NCBI GenBank assembly: GCA_045126975.1
Contig: JBGVPL010000001.1
Coordinates: 8,642-72,641, forward strand
From: Candidatus Aphodosoma sp.
GTDB taxonomy: Bacteria > Bacteroidota > Bacteroidia > Bacteroidales > Paludibacteraceae
Direction: 5' to 3'
DNA length: 64,000 bases
Positions 29,401 to 37,649 of the stretch are shown here, one piece after another. The notes beneath the pieces are model-generated. The model saw only the letters and a program-made list of their open reading frames with translations. It was not told the DNA's origin and ran no database searches. A program made the position numbers and the translations under genes. Position 1 is the first letter of the stretch; each line of letters starts with the position of its first letter.

Positions 29401-32400
29401 ATGTTGTGAACGAAGATGATAAGACCGAAGCGAACATACTTCTTTCGGCCAACTCTATCAACTACATATTTGATATGTCTAATTCGGCATTGCTTCCAGA
29501 CCAAACTTATATGTTCCGTGCTATCACGATGTGCGACTTTGGTTCGGGTGAAATTCATAACGAATCTGAAACTATCAGTGTAATAAAAGATATGGCTAAA
29601 CCTATGTTGCTCGGCAACCCTTCGCCTGCAAATGGTATTTTGACTGCCGATGGCGAAGTGTCGGTTACTTTCAACGAAGACATCAAATCTTCAAGTCTTC
29701 GCGATGTGGATAACTTCATCGTTAAAGCGAAATTGAATGGCTACCGTGTTGACCATAACGTGGCTATGAGTCTTACCGAAGGTGCTGGTGCTGCTACTGA
29801 AGCCGACATTGATTTGAGTGGTCGCGACTTCGCTTTCAACTTCTGGTTGAATTACTCAAATGCAGGTACTGTCATCGAACATGGTCAAGCCTCTACTAAA
29901 TTTGCTGTAGCACTCAACGATGCTGGTAATCTTGTTGTAACTATTAATGGTAATGTTTATACCTCAACTGCTACTGTACCTGCCGATAAATGGGTATTTA
30001 TGTCAGTATCTTATAAATATGCTCAAGGCAATAGTCGCCTCACTGCTCACTACGCAATCGATGCTTCATCTGTAGAGTTGTTTATGAATAATGCTGTAGA
30101 TGACTACTTAGGTAACGGTCGTTTGGCTGTAGGCGAAGGTTTGAATGCTAAGATGCACGAACTCACAATGTGGAACAATGCTCGCGAATTTGCTGTAGCG
30201 CAAAGCGAAATGTATGAATCTAAACGCCCAAGCACTCTTAATTTGATTGGTTACTGGCGTATGGATGAAGGTCATGGCACTGTGGCTGAAGATTGTGTAC
30301 GCAATCGTCATCTTACTCTCCCTGCAACTAATGTATGGTATATCGCTGGCGAAAATGTCGCTCTTACTCTCAATGGTGAACAATATGCAGCAATGAATAT
30401 CGCAACTGTTGCTCCATACGAAACAGAAGACTTTATGTTCGAACTTTGGTTCCGTGGCGATAAACAATCTGGTGCTTCTACTTTGTTCACAAATAGCAAA
30501 GGTTTCAGCGTCGGATTTGATGCAGAAGGCAATTTGTTAATGCACAATGCACAATGCACAATGCATAATTATCTTGATAATCAATGGCACCATTTGGCAA
30601 TCAATTCGCTCCGCAATGGCGCAACTATTCTCTATGTCGATGGCGTAGCAGTTAAACAAATAGCATCTAAAGCATCTGCTACAATCGCAAGCGATCGTCT
30701 TGTAATTGGTGCTGACTGCTATCACCCAGAAAGTGATGCGAATAATTGGGAATATCGCAACTACTTCCGTGGCGAAATTGATGAAATCCGTTTGTGGAAT
30801 GCTTCTCTTACAGCCGATCATATTCGCGAAAATATGTATAATCGCGTAGATGCTGATGCCGAAGGTTTGGCAGCATACTACCCATTCGAGAAAACAACGG
30901 TTAATGAATACAATCAAGCTGAGGTAGTATTTGACCTTGCCGACCATAGCGCAAACAGTATGGGTGAACTTGAAGTTTCTGAACTCAATGCTCAACTCTC
31001 AACCGAAAACACTCCTGCTCTTAAGGTGGCTCCTGAATTGCAAAATGTAGCATTCTCGTTCGTAGCTTCTGAGCGCAAAGTGGTTATCAATCTCAACGAA
31101 GCCGCTGATATTATCGAGGGTACTACAATTCAATTCACAGTGCGTGATGTTTATGATGCAAACAACAACTTGTCGGTTCCTGTAATCTGGAATGCTTACG
31201 TTCAACGTAACCTCCTCAAATGGAGCGAAGAAGAAGTTGTAGTTGAAAAACAATCGCTCGAAACTCGTACATTCTCAGTCGATGTTATCAACAAAGGCGC
31301 TGCTTCTGAATCTTGGTATATCAACAATCTCCCAACTTGGCTTACTGCCGATGTAGAGGCTGGTAGTCTTAACCCATTGTCTGATATCTCTATCAACTTC
31401 ACCATTAGCGCAGCATTGCCTATCGGTCGTTACGAAGAGGTTATTTATCTCGTTGGCAACAACAATATCTACGAACCTTTGGTTGTAACCGTCAACGTTA
31501 TAGGCGAAACTCCTGATTGGTCAGTTAATCCCGACGATTTCGAACATTCTATGTCTATGATTGGTCAGTTGCAAGTGGCTGGTATCACATCCGAAGATGT
31601 CGAAGACCGTGTAGCTGCATTCATCGATGGCGAATGTGTAGGTATTGCATCTCCTATCTACAATGCTCGTTATGATGCTTACTTTGTAATGCTTAATATT
31701 TATAGCAATGGCAACAACCAACCTGTAGCATTTAAAGTCTTTGATGCAAGCACAGGCAATGTCTATCCTGCTGTAGAAACAAGTAGTGCAGTGACATTTG
31801 TAACAAATAGCGTGATTGGTAATATGAACAACCCATTCATTTGGAATGCAAAAGATCTTCTTGAGCAAACAATCAATATGAATCGTGGTTGGAATTGGAG
31901 TTCACTCTATGTTGAGCCTGAAAGCAATTTAGTAACTGATATATTATCTCCTATTGCTTCTGCTGTTGAAATCGCTAAAGATAAATCATCATACGCAATG
32001 TATGGCAATCGTCAATGGCGTGGTGGCTTGACTGAAATCAACGTTGGTAAGATGTATAAAGTGAAAATGCGTAGAGCTACAATTCTTAGTGTAGTTGGAG
32101 AAAAAGTTAATCCTTCAGACGAATTGATAAAAGTGAATTCGGGTTGGAATTGGATTGGTTACACTACATCTTTCAATCTTTCTGTTGCTGATGCATTTGC
32201 CGACCTTAATCCACAAGATGGTGATGTAGTGAAGAGCAAAAACGACTTTGCTATCTACAACTCTTACGAATGGGTAGGTACACTCACTGCTCTTGCTCCT
32301 GGTAGTGGTTATATGTATTATTCAACTGCTAAAGAAGTAAAAGAATTTACATATCCATCTCAATCATCAGCTCAACCTTCGCAAATGCGAGTAGTTCAAC

Positions 32401-32933
32401 GTCGTTCAAATGAGTTTATTGTTGATGATAACAGTAATTATTCAGGTAATATGACAATTGTTGCTGTAGTTAAGAATGGTGATGTAATTGAGACTGCAAC
32501 TGAAGTGGGAGTATTTGCTGGAGCGGAATGTCGTGGTGCAAACGTGAGTGAAGCCGATGGATTAGTATTCCTTACTATTGCTGGCGAAGGTTATGGCGAT
32601 GTGCTTACATTTAAAGTGAAAGTAGGTAATAAAATTTATGAAGTAGAAGAAACTATTATTTTTGAAGATGACGCTATTCTTGGTACAATAGAAGAGCCGA
32701 TGGTTATTTCTATTGATGCATATATAGAAACTAATGTTGAGGATAAGGTAATTACTTCTGCTAATGTTTATACTTGCGATGGTCAACTTGTAGTTGAGGG
32801 TTGGGATGCTGACTATGTAGTTTACGATGCAGTTGGTCGTATAATTTATACTGGCTCAGCTCAATCAATCTCACTTCCACGAGGAGTTTATATGGTTCAC
32901 CTTGGTGGCGAAACTCAAAAGGTAGTTTTATAG
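23448..32933 (+). CDS. Giant (3161 aa) secreted surface protein with three LamG/concanavalin-like domains, a CarboxypepD_reg-like fold and a T9SS type A C-terminal sorting domain
   Basis: Signal peptide ending SMA-AS. LamG signatures: GYIDEIRFWNKAL (about 25850), MHELTMWNNAR (about 30150) and GEIDEIRLWNASL (about 30780). Also ATVSGRVAYAGDQAVPGVTVAVTG, and a C-terminus LPRGVYMVHLGGETQKVVL typical of Por_Secre_tail. Confidence 0.85.
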   Translation: MIMKFKNTFFRTLRSAIFLIALFLVMPQRSMAASKPGDLDIGLNWNCDDLKIRWEKKMAAFYIDITIYDEAGDDDWLENINIYCNGKSFIKINSWWGGSSNARSFKVHNRNDFGKLYMSYNGWHSIPGSDVQHTVGKTDGSRSLITFVWFPPAGYMDQDVTIKIDGYVKDSGGDSYFYDRSITQTTSTFDYEPKLTSGGWDLSTGNFKVTLTELTNGDAYSETKSTINLRTKTHDGSWTKRKVSYTTSKGQKTINKTWGETSYVKYSDYNNTKILTAHQFANGISISAVAVTDPDAGSGNYTEEKVWSSSIHTGRTAVFENRNLTITQNNRDINLSWQVYNPSSSSNLNTADFAVEKWNGSEWVEIATIDYNYSKSSYSYTYTLSDAECNKGSQTYKFRVWKKMFAKQKLWHEYMSTNETSATIYTDYKKVEITSISPVEGKTEAIVKWAFTSSNGIWDDKGAYSLSINGGGNSPFTPAYNETQYKISSLQGCVRYEVSLSQTVLSKSHHTSATKSFLMPNLKSREIENFEVSKGYYSDNVMLSWNVPSDASDFKYFNITRTPIGGGTHAVQVTQIQHSGLTSYSYQDKAMNAGQLYTYTIEGYSECDGSPSLGASVSDIGFSQPYATVSGRVAYAGDQAVPGVTVAVTGGDNAQENYSVFFNGEDAASHIKLPADVVDFKNNDEITFQAWINPDKLHDGSFVFSKNSTFDVIFGAQNTLKLYILGAMWETGKVFNAHEWTHLTFIGKYNRSASKATMSYYINGEFIDQQEITTSKNVDQYIGDVFYVAANSNGTNGYRGYIDEIRFWNKALDSTTIANNYNAYLSGREEGLWAYYRCNEIGIQQVFDQSGRNGIFNKRDGELGVMANHSTMVPSAEQLSNKTVTDADGNYLINTVPYTSDGVQYNVVPLFGVHEFSPNKKPIYVSPSSVVFNNIDFEDVSSFEVEGVVYYENTTHPVEGCNFYIDGNICSRDGEMVTTNAEGKFKLSVPIGDHFIRIEKQGHEFANGGRFPADPNGTGTRFTFEQPMKNLTFTDVTKVTVAGRVVGGEIEELKPLGFGDSKANIGKAVITLTTGYKMNMTAVADGASTSYEVGADTLFFENATEAVNGKAYVQGGDVVLAENIIIETDPVTGEFAVQLPPSQYTVSNVSIPSNSEILFSTETIGMIDATNTLNVKTDSIVGENGETRKFEYIASLKLVHRVIPEFTVTHNADGSFGEKSIKYSDIENPEEVEVELYKVLDDGSIEYTFGSPVFLQKSPYTFQMRAFEEYVNKDGDEPIYDQVPLENAVVTVINQFGTGQFVCIEGENDGKIDTLQLAENQVALDSTGSAKYEFVTGFPNIIEPYTLGMNIKYNTNGQDLEWSQNSTFQAIVFGELPSGTNFVTSGPDKVMMILRDPAGSNSYSFYEKGVTITEVEQDGGSFITNNELTTITKLGVEANTFVGSPIGFGVITEAKAKCDLEVGLNINYNYSGYSEWTTTTTTTERISTSAEADYVGSNGDVFVGAATNILFGNARSIGLQRNVEDGTFSIARTDVITTGTEFSTGFKYTQYYVENVLIPNLYLTRNSLLQQVSSVEGIVNNSEEPIYVTTLSPEDERFGSDNFDEEVWGNKAVGKDKLIGPSYTMILPATLDPNVVYEDKVRWHNSQISKWIQTLADNEEAKVKAIKERETYLQENHSFDAGAVIESSIQTCEVETTNDAHEFETLVVAGASTGGLINGTGVAFTAKTETGGRYFGYTENSNETCLTTGYVLQDAGYNDALTIDVLNSPDGFGPIFSTRGGQTSCPYEAAEVTKYYEPGTEISTATMQIEIPQLTVVNAFATEVPAGKAATYTLRLENLSETGDDIWFDLGVIDATNPKGAIITMDGAPLTETGRAMLVPAGSTLEKTIQLKQSDLGVLDFENIQIVLKSECQGDIADTVSISANFVPSCSDITLQIEDRILNSYTGSDLQIVVKDFDRAFRNFKGVRIQYKGERDTEWTLAQEYVVNEDDKTEANILLSANSINYIFDMSNSALLPDQTYMFRAITMCDFGSGEIHNESETISVIKDMAKPMLLGNPSPANGILTADGEVSVTFNEDIKSSSLRDVDNFIVKAKLNGYRVDHNVAMSLTEGAGAATEADIDLSGRDFAFNFWLNYSNAGTVIEHGQASTKFAVALNDAGNLVVTINGNVYTSTATVPADKWVFMSVSYKYAQGNSRLTAHYAIDASSVELFMNNAVDDYLGNGRLAVGEGLNAKMHELTMWNNAREFAVAQSEMYESKRPSTLNLIGYWRMDEGHGTVAEDCVRNRHLTLPATNVWYIAGENVALTLNGEQYAAMNIATVAPYETEDFMFELWFRGDKQSGASTLFTNSKGFSVGFDAEGNLLMHNAQCTMHNYLDNQWHHLAINSLRNGATILYVDGVAVKQIASKASATIASDRLVIGADCYHPESDANNWEYRNYFRGEIDEIRLWNASLTADHIRENMYNRVDADAEGLAAYYPFEKTTVNEYNQAEVVFDLADHSANSMGELEVSELNAQLSTENTPALKVAPELQNVAFSFVASERKVVINLNEAADIIEGTTIQFTVRDVYDANNNLSVPVIWNAYVQRNLLKWSEEEVVVEKQSLETRTFSVDVINKGAASESWYINNLPTWLTADVEAGSLNPLSDISINFTISAALPIGRYEEVIYLVGNNNIYEPLVVTVNVIGETPDWSVNPDDFEHSMSMIGQLQVAGITSEDVEDRVAAFIDGECVGIASPIYNARYDAYFVMLNIYSNGNNQPVAFKVFDASTGNVYPAVETSSAVTFVTNSVIGNMNNPFIWNAKDLLEQTINMNRGWNWSSLYVEPESNLVTDILSPIASAVEIAKDKSSYAMYGNRQWRGGLTEINVGKMYKVKMRRATILSVVGEKVNPSDELIKVNSGWNWIGYTTSFNLSVADAFADLNPQDGDVVKSKNDFAIYNSYEWVGTLTALAPGSGYMYYSTAKEVKEFTYPSQSSAQPSQMRVVQRRSNEFIVDDNSNYSGNMTIVAVVKNGDVIETATEVGVFAGAECRGANVSEADGLVFLTIAGEGYGDVLTFKVKVGNKIYEVEETIIFEDDAILGTIEEPMVISIDAYIETNVEDKVITSANVYTCDGQLVVEGWDADYVVYDAVGRIIYTGSAQSISLPRGVYMVHLGGETQKVVL

Positions 32934-32947
32934 AACTATACTTTGAA

Positions 32948-32985
32948 ATAAAAAAGGAGGCACAAAATTTTGTGCCTCCTTTTTT
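32948..32985. terminator. Bidirectional intrinsic terminator between convergent genes
   Basis: Perfect 12-bp palindrome ggaggcacaaaa/ttttgtgcctcc flanked by an A-run and a T-run. Confidence 0.85.
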
Positions 32986-33005
32986 ATTTCTGTTTGTTGT
33001 AAAAT

Positions 33006-35360
33006 TTAAATTTTAATACAAATCAATTTTTGTGTGATTTTTGAACCATTAAGATGGGTAGCTTGAATTACTAATATATATAACCCTGCAGGTATTGTCT
33101 CGCTGTTAGAGTTGGTTCCATTCCAAAGAGTATAACTTTGTGGAGTAGAGAGTTGATTGTCGGTGATATGGCAGACATGCGCTCCATTTCGTGTATAGGC
33201 ATTGATGGAGATAGTGTAGCCTGCTGATGGGAGATTGTGGTGAATGACAAGGTGGTCTTGATGCCCATCGTTATCGGGCGAAAAGGTAGTGTTTTCGAGC
33301 CAGAAGTGTTGGCTTGACTCGTTGTTTTCGAGATTGATGTTTTGAGAATTTTGCCAACCAGCAGTGTTTTGAGAATTTTTATTAACCACCTCCCCTTTGG
33401 GTTCTCCCCTTAAGATAGGGGGAGAATACATAGCACTACTGCTCCAATTGTCAGGCGATTGGGTAGGAGCCATTGGGTCGATGCGTTCGAGCGATATATC
33501 GTGCAAGTCGGTGAGTAGGGGGTGATGCCATGAGTCGGAGTAGTGTATTTCATCTATAATATTCCCACTGCGGTCGGTGAGTACGAGAGAGCCTTCGGTT
33601 GCAGGCATTGATGGTAAGGTTGATACAAAGTATATAGATTGTGGATTAACCTCTAACGCACAATGGATTGTACTTGTGTCGGGTGAGATTACTGCGAATC
33701 CACGTGGCGGTAATATTTTGCTTGTTGAACAGAATATTTTTGAGTTTTTTAGGTTATTGTCTTCATCTCTATTTGAAAGCATTAGGCGACTGAGGTCGAT
33801 ATAGAAATCGCTGTTGTTGTAGAGTTCGACGAATTTGCTATTACCACTGCTTACGTATGGCATTAACTCGTTGAAAATTACATCTATATATTGCGCTTGG
33901 TGGGGTAGCGCGAGGGTGATAGTGGTATCGGGCATACTCCAATTACTCACGCATCTTATATCCGAAAAAGTGATGTCGATAGTATATGTAGAGTCCAGTG
34001 GCTCAACGAGGTATAGGTTGAGTATTTCGCGTTGAGGCTCTACCCAATTGAGCGATTTGAGCGAATTGCCCGTTATAGATATAGATTTTTGAAGTTCAAT
34101 GATTTCGCCTTGCATTGGTTTATTGAAATAGATTTGTATAGAGCGGTTGTTTTCTATGCCAAAACTTGTGATGCAAGGTATTAACTCATCAGGAATTGAG
34201 CAAGCAATACTATTTATTTCGGCAGGTGTACCTCCTCGTGGGTCAATCGAAGGCCCCCATGTTGTAGAGTTAGAGAGAGGATTGTTAGGGTCGTGGCGTT
34301 CGAGCGACCAGCCTCCGTCGGCTTTGAATGGCTCGGAGGCGTACCAATCGGTTGTGTATTCGACAAAAGAGATAGTGTTGTTTTGTCTGTTCTTTAGTGT
34401 GAGTAGATTGCCATCATTTGTGAGTGCAGGCATAGATTCTACGATGCAGATTTTGTGGGTAATAGCTGAGAGTTCGAGTGCAGAGTTGTATGAACAAAGC
34501 ACTGCATAATCGTTAGGCTCAAGTATATAGTCACCCAATGTGCCAGTTTTGGCAGAAGTGGCGATTTTGCACCCTTCGAGGGTAAGAGTGCGGTCGGTAG
34601 TGTTGTAGATTTCTATCCATTCCACTTCGGGTAGTTGTACTGATGGATTAGGCTTTGCCATGATTTCTGTAAATACAATATCGCCAGCATTTATCAGTTC
34701 TGTTTCAGTAGGCTTATCGCCACAATTCACACTATTGATGCGGAGATTGTAAGGATTATTCGGGTTTTCGAAAAGGAGAAAGCCTGTAGATGTTGAATTT
34801 TGTATTGAATTGAGAGTTGAGAATTGAGAGTTGAGAATTTCTGTGTCAGCTGTATTACATTTTATTTGCCAATTTTTGTTGTTGTGGAATATTAGGCAAG
34901 AGAGATTGGTGAAACCATAAGGGATTGAACGTTCGGAAGTTGCTATTATTTCGGTTGTTTTGTTCTCGTAAATGAAATATATAAGTCTGTTTTCTAAATT
35001 TATTTCCAAAAAGAATCCAGCTCCGTCGCTGAGAGAGGGTAATGAGGATGATAGGTAGAATCGGATTATGCCAGTTGAATTTTGTGTAAGTTCGAATGTT
35101 ATGTTGCATCCCCACCAAGTGTTGTCTGTTATAGTGTTGGCTGTGCGGAATGAGCCTTTTTTCAATTGGCTATCGGCAACCTCTCCCGTAGGGTGTAATT
35201 CAACGGCATATTTATCATTGTTTTCTACTATTTTGGCATCCATGTCGGTCATAAACCATCGAGGATTAGTTGTATAATTACCATCTGAAAAGTCGTCGTA
35301 GAATTGGGCAAAAGAGATGTTGGCGAAAAGCAGAAGTAGGAATGTTAAATAATTTTTCAT
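33006..35360 (-). CDS. Lamin tail domain (LTD x2) protein with a T9SS type B C-terminal sorting domain
   Basis: Signal peptide MKNYLTFLLLLFANISFAQ. LTD motifs FTEIMAKPNP...VEWIEIYN and FNELMPYVSSGNSKFVELYN. C-terminal FSPDNDGHQDHL...WNGTN...IPAGLYILVI. The start is set at M23 of the ORF. Confidence 0.75.
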   Translation of the reverse strand: MKNYLTFLLLLFANISFAQFYDDFSDGNYTTNPRWFMTDMDAKIVENNDKYAVELHPTGEVADSQLKKGSFRTANTITDNTWWGCNITFELTQNSTGIIRFYLSSSLPSLSDGAGFFLEINLENRLIYFIYENKTTEIIATSERSIPYGFTNLSCLIFHNNKNWQIKCNTADTEILNSQFSTLNSIQNSTSTGFLLFENPNNPYNLRINSVNCGDKPTETELINAGDIVFTEIMAKPNPSVQLPEVEWIEIYNTTDRTLTLEGCKIATSAKTGTLGDYILEPNDYAVLCSYNSALELSAITHKICIVESMPALTNDGNLLTLKNRQNNTISFVEYTTDWYASEPFKADGGWSLERHDPNNPLSNSTTWGPSIDPRGGTPAEINSIACSIPDELIPCITSFGIENNRSIQIYFNKPMQGEIIELQKSISITGNSLKSLNWVEPQREILNLYLVEPLDSTYTIDITFSDIRCVSNWSMPDTTITLALPHQAQYIDVIFNELMPYVSSGNSKFVELYNNSDFYIDLSRLMLSNRDEDNNLKNSKIFCSTSKILPPRGFAVISPDTSTIHCALEVNPQSIYFVSTLPSMPATEGSLVLTDRSGNIIDEIHYSDSWHHPLLTDLHDISLERIDPMAPTQSPDNWSSSAMYSPPILRGEPKGEVVNKNSQNTAGWQNSQNINLENNESSQHFWLENTTFSPDNDGHQDHLVIHHNLPSAGYTISINAYTRNGAHVCHITDNQLSTPQSYTLWNGTNSNSETIPAGLYILVIQATHLNGSKITQKLICIKI

Positions 35361-35436
35361 AAATGCTTTATTATCTGAAAAAAAAATCTTAATTTTGCAG
35401 CGTGGTGTGTTGTGTGCTTGGTACACTAATCGACCG

Positions 35437-35467
35437 CAAATTTACGATAATTAGTTTAATTAACAAA
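35437..35467 (-). promoter_or_regulatory. Promoter of the LTD gene (minus strand)
   Basis: On the minus strand: TTTG (complement of 35464-35467), 19-nt spacer, TAAATTTG (complement of 35437-35444). Confidence 0.55.
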
Positions 35468-35484
35468 ATTTTAAATAACTTATT

Positions 35485-36504
35485 ATGAGAGTGGCAATTG
35501 TGGGCGCAAGTGGCGCCGTTGGACAAGAGTTTTTGCGTGTGTTAGCAGAACGTAATTTCCCTATTACGGAGTTGAAATTGTTTGGCTCATCACGCAGTGC
35601 AGGTCGTGAATATGAATTCCGAGGTAAGAAAATCATGGTGCAAGAGTTGCGTCATGGCGATGATTTCAAGGATTTAGATATAGTATTTACATCGGCAGGT
35701 GGGTCGATTTCGCAAGAATATGCCGAAGATATCACACGTTTTGGTGCTGTGATGATTGATAATTCGAGCGCATTCCGTATGGATGAAGATGTGCCATTGG
35801 TAGTGCCAGAAGTGAATGCCGAAGATGCACTTAATCGTCCTCGTAATATTATTGCTAATCCAAACTGTACTACAATCCAAATGGTTGTAGCATTGAAAGC
35901 AATTGAGAATTTGTCGCATATTCGTCGTGTGCATGTGTCAACATATCAAGCAGCTTCGGGTGCAGGTGCTACTGCGATGGCTGAGCTCGAACAACAATAT
36001 CGTGAAGTGTTGGCAGGCGAGCCTGTTACGGTCGATAAATTTGCTTATCAATTAGCTTATAACCTTATACCTCAAGTGGATGTATTTACCGAAAATGGTT
36101 ATACCAAAGAGGAGATGAAGATGTATAACGAAACACGAAAGATTATGCACTCTGACATTCAAGTGAGTGCTATGTGCGTGCGAGTGCCATCGTTGCGAGC
36201 TCACTCTGAGTCTATTTGGGTAGAGACAGAACGTCATATCTCGGTGGCAGAAGCTCGTGAGGCATTTGAGAAAGCTGAAGGTGTTGTGGTTATGGATAAT
36301 CCAGCTGCGAAAGAATATCCAATGCCATTGTTCCTTTCGGGTAAAGATCCAGTGTATGTAGGTCGTATACGTGAGGATTTGAGTAATCCTAATGGGTTGA
36401 CATTTTGGAGTGTGAGCGATCAAATCAAGAAAGGTGCAGCACTTAATGCTGTGCAAATTGCGGAATACTTAATCAAGGAGCAAGGAATAAGGAGCAAGGA
36501 ATAA
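35485..36504 (+). CDS. asd: Aspartate-semialdehyde dehydrogenase
   Basis: [16 protein letters not shown] Rossmann N-terminus and the active-site region [10 protein letters not shown]. The last ~9 codons and the stop lie inside a CAAGGAA/TAAGGAA array. Confidence 0.95.
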   Translation: MRVAIVGASGAVGQEFLRVLAERNFPITELKLFGSSRSAGREYEFRGKKIMVQELRHGDDFKDLDIVFTSAGGSISQEYAEDITRFGAVMIDNSSAFRMDEDVPLVVPEVNAEDALNRPRNIIANPNCTTIQMVVALKAIENLSHIRRVHVSTYQAASGAGATAMAELEQQYREVLAGEPVTVDKFAYQLAYNLIPQVDVFTENGYTKEEMKMYNETRKIMHSDIQVSAMCVRVPSLRAHSESIWVETERHISVAEAREAFEKAEGVVVMDNPAAKEYPMPLFLSGKDPVYVGRIREDLSNPNGLTFWSVSDQIKKGAALNAVQIAEYLIKEQGIRSKE

Positions 36505-36599
36505 GGAATAAGGTCGAGATTTTGCATTGCAAAAGCGAGACCATTAGATCAAGAGTAAATTATGTTTTTATGTCATTCTGTCTAAAAAAATATGAAAAT

Positions 36600-37649
36600 A
36601 TGAAAAAAATATTATTCTCAGTATTAGCAATTTTGATGTTGGTAGCTTGCAATCAAGCTCCAAAAGGTTATACAATCAATGGTACACTTGCGACTAACGA
36701 ATTTGATGGCAAGTGGGTGTATGTGGTTGAATCGTTGCGTAAATTTGAGCCAATCGATAGTGCACAAATAGTAGATGCACGATTTGATATGGATGGTGTG
36801 GCTGATGAGCCAAAAATGCTTGTTGTGGTTGTGACAGATGCTGAACGCAAAATGGTAGAACAAGGTGTAGGTGCATATTTCATTCTTGAAAATGGCAATA
36901 TCATTATGAATGTCGATACAGCCTATGCTATGACCGTAACTGGTACGGATTTCAATCGTGCGTATGCCGAATATGACTCAATTATTATGTCGTTTGACGA
37001 GCGTTGCCGAGTGATTACAGAAGGAGAAGGTACAAATGCCGAAAAATTTGAAGCTATTACAGCAGAACGTAATAACTATAAATCAACCCTCAAATCATTG
37101 TTGTTGCCATTCGTAGGCACTCAACCTGCTCTCGAAATGGCGAAAGACATCAAACACCTTTTCTCTAATGAGGAGTTTGCTGAGTTGATGCCAACCGACA
37201 CAACAAAGGCTCGCACAGCAGAGCAACCATATATGGCTGTGGGTAGTTATATTACTGATGAAGCTACTCCTAATGCCGATGGCGACACTATTCGTTGGAT
37301 GGATGTTATTTCGCAACACGATTATACGCTCATCGACTTTTGGGCGTCTTGGTGTGGCCCATGTATGCGCTCTATGCCGGGACTTAAAGCGTTGTATGCA
37401 GAACACTCAGGCGAACATTTTGAAATTATAGGTATTTCATTGGATAATAGTCGTGAAAGATGGCTTGGTGCTATCGAAAGCAAAGAACTTAACTGGGTGC
37501 AACTCACAAACCTTATGTTCTGGGATGAACCAATGGTGAAACGTTTTGAAATTCCTTATATTCCATCAACTATGTTGGTTGACCGCGAAGGTAAAATCAT
37601 CATTCGCAATCCTAATCACGATGAATTAAAAATTTATTTGGCAAGATGA
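36600..37649 (+). CDS. TlpA-family thiol:disulfide oxidoreductase lipoprotein (DUF4369-like N-domain + thioredoxin fold)
   Basis: Lipobox LMLVAC, YTINGTL...DGKWVYV N-domain, and WASWCGPC active site. The start is set at M27 (MKKILFSVLAIL). Confidence 0.85.
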   Translation: MKKILFSVLAILMLVACNQAPKGYTINGTLATNEFDGKWVYVVESLRKFEPIDSAQIVDARFDMDGVADEPKMLVVVVTDAERKMVEQGVGAYFILENGNIIMNVDTAYAMTVTGTDFNRAYAEYDSIIMSFDERCRVITEGEGTNAEKFEAITAERNNYKSTLKSLLLPFVGTQPALEMAKDIKHLFSNEEFAELMPTDTTKARTAEQPYMAVGSYITDEATPNADGDTIRWMDVISQHDYTLIDFWASWCGPCMRSMPGLKALYAEHSGEHFEIIGISLDNSRERWLGAIESKELNWVQLTNLMFWDEPMVKRFEIPYIPSTMLVDREGKIIIRNPNHDELKIYLAR

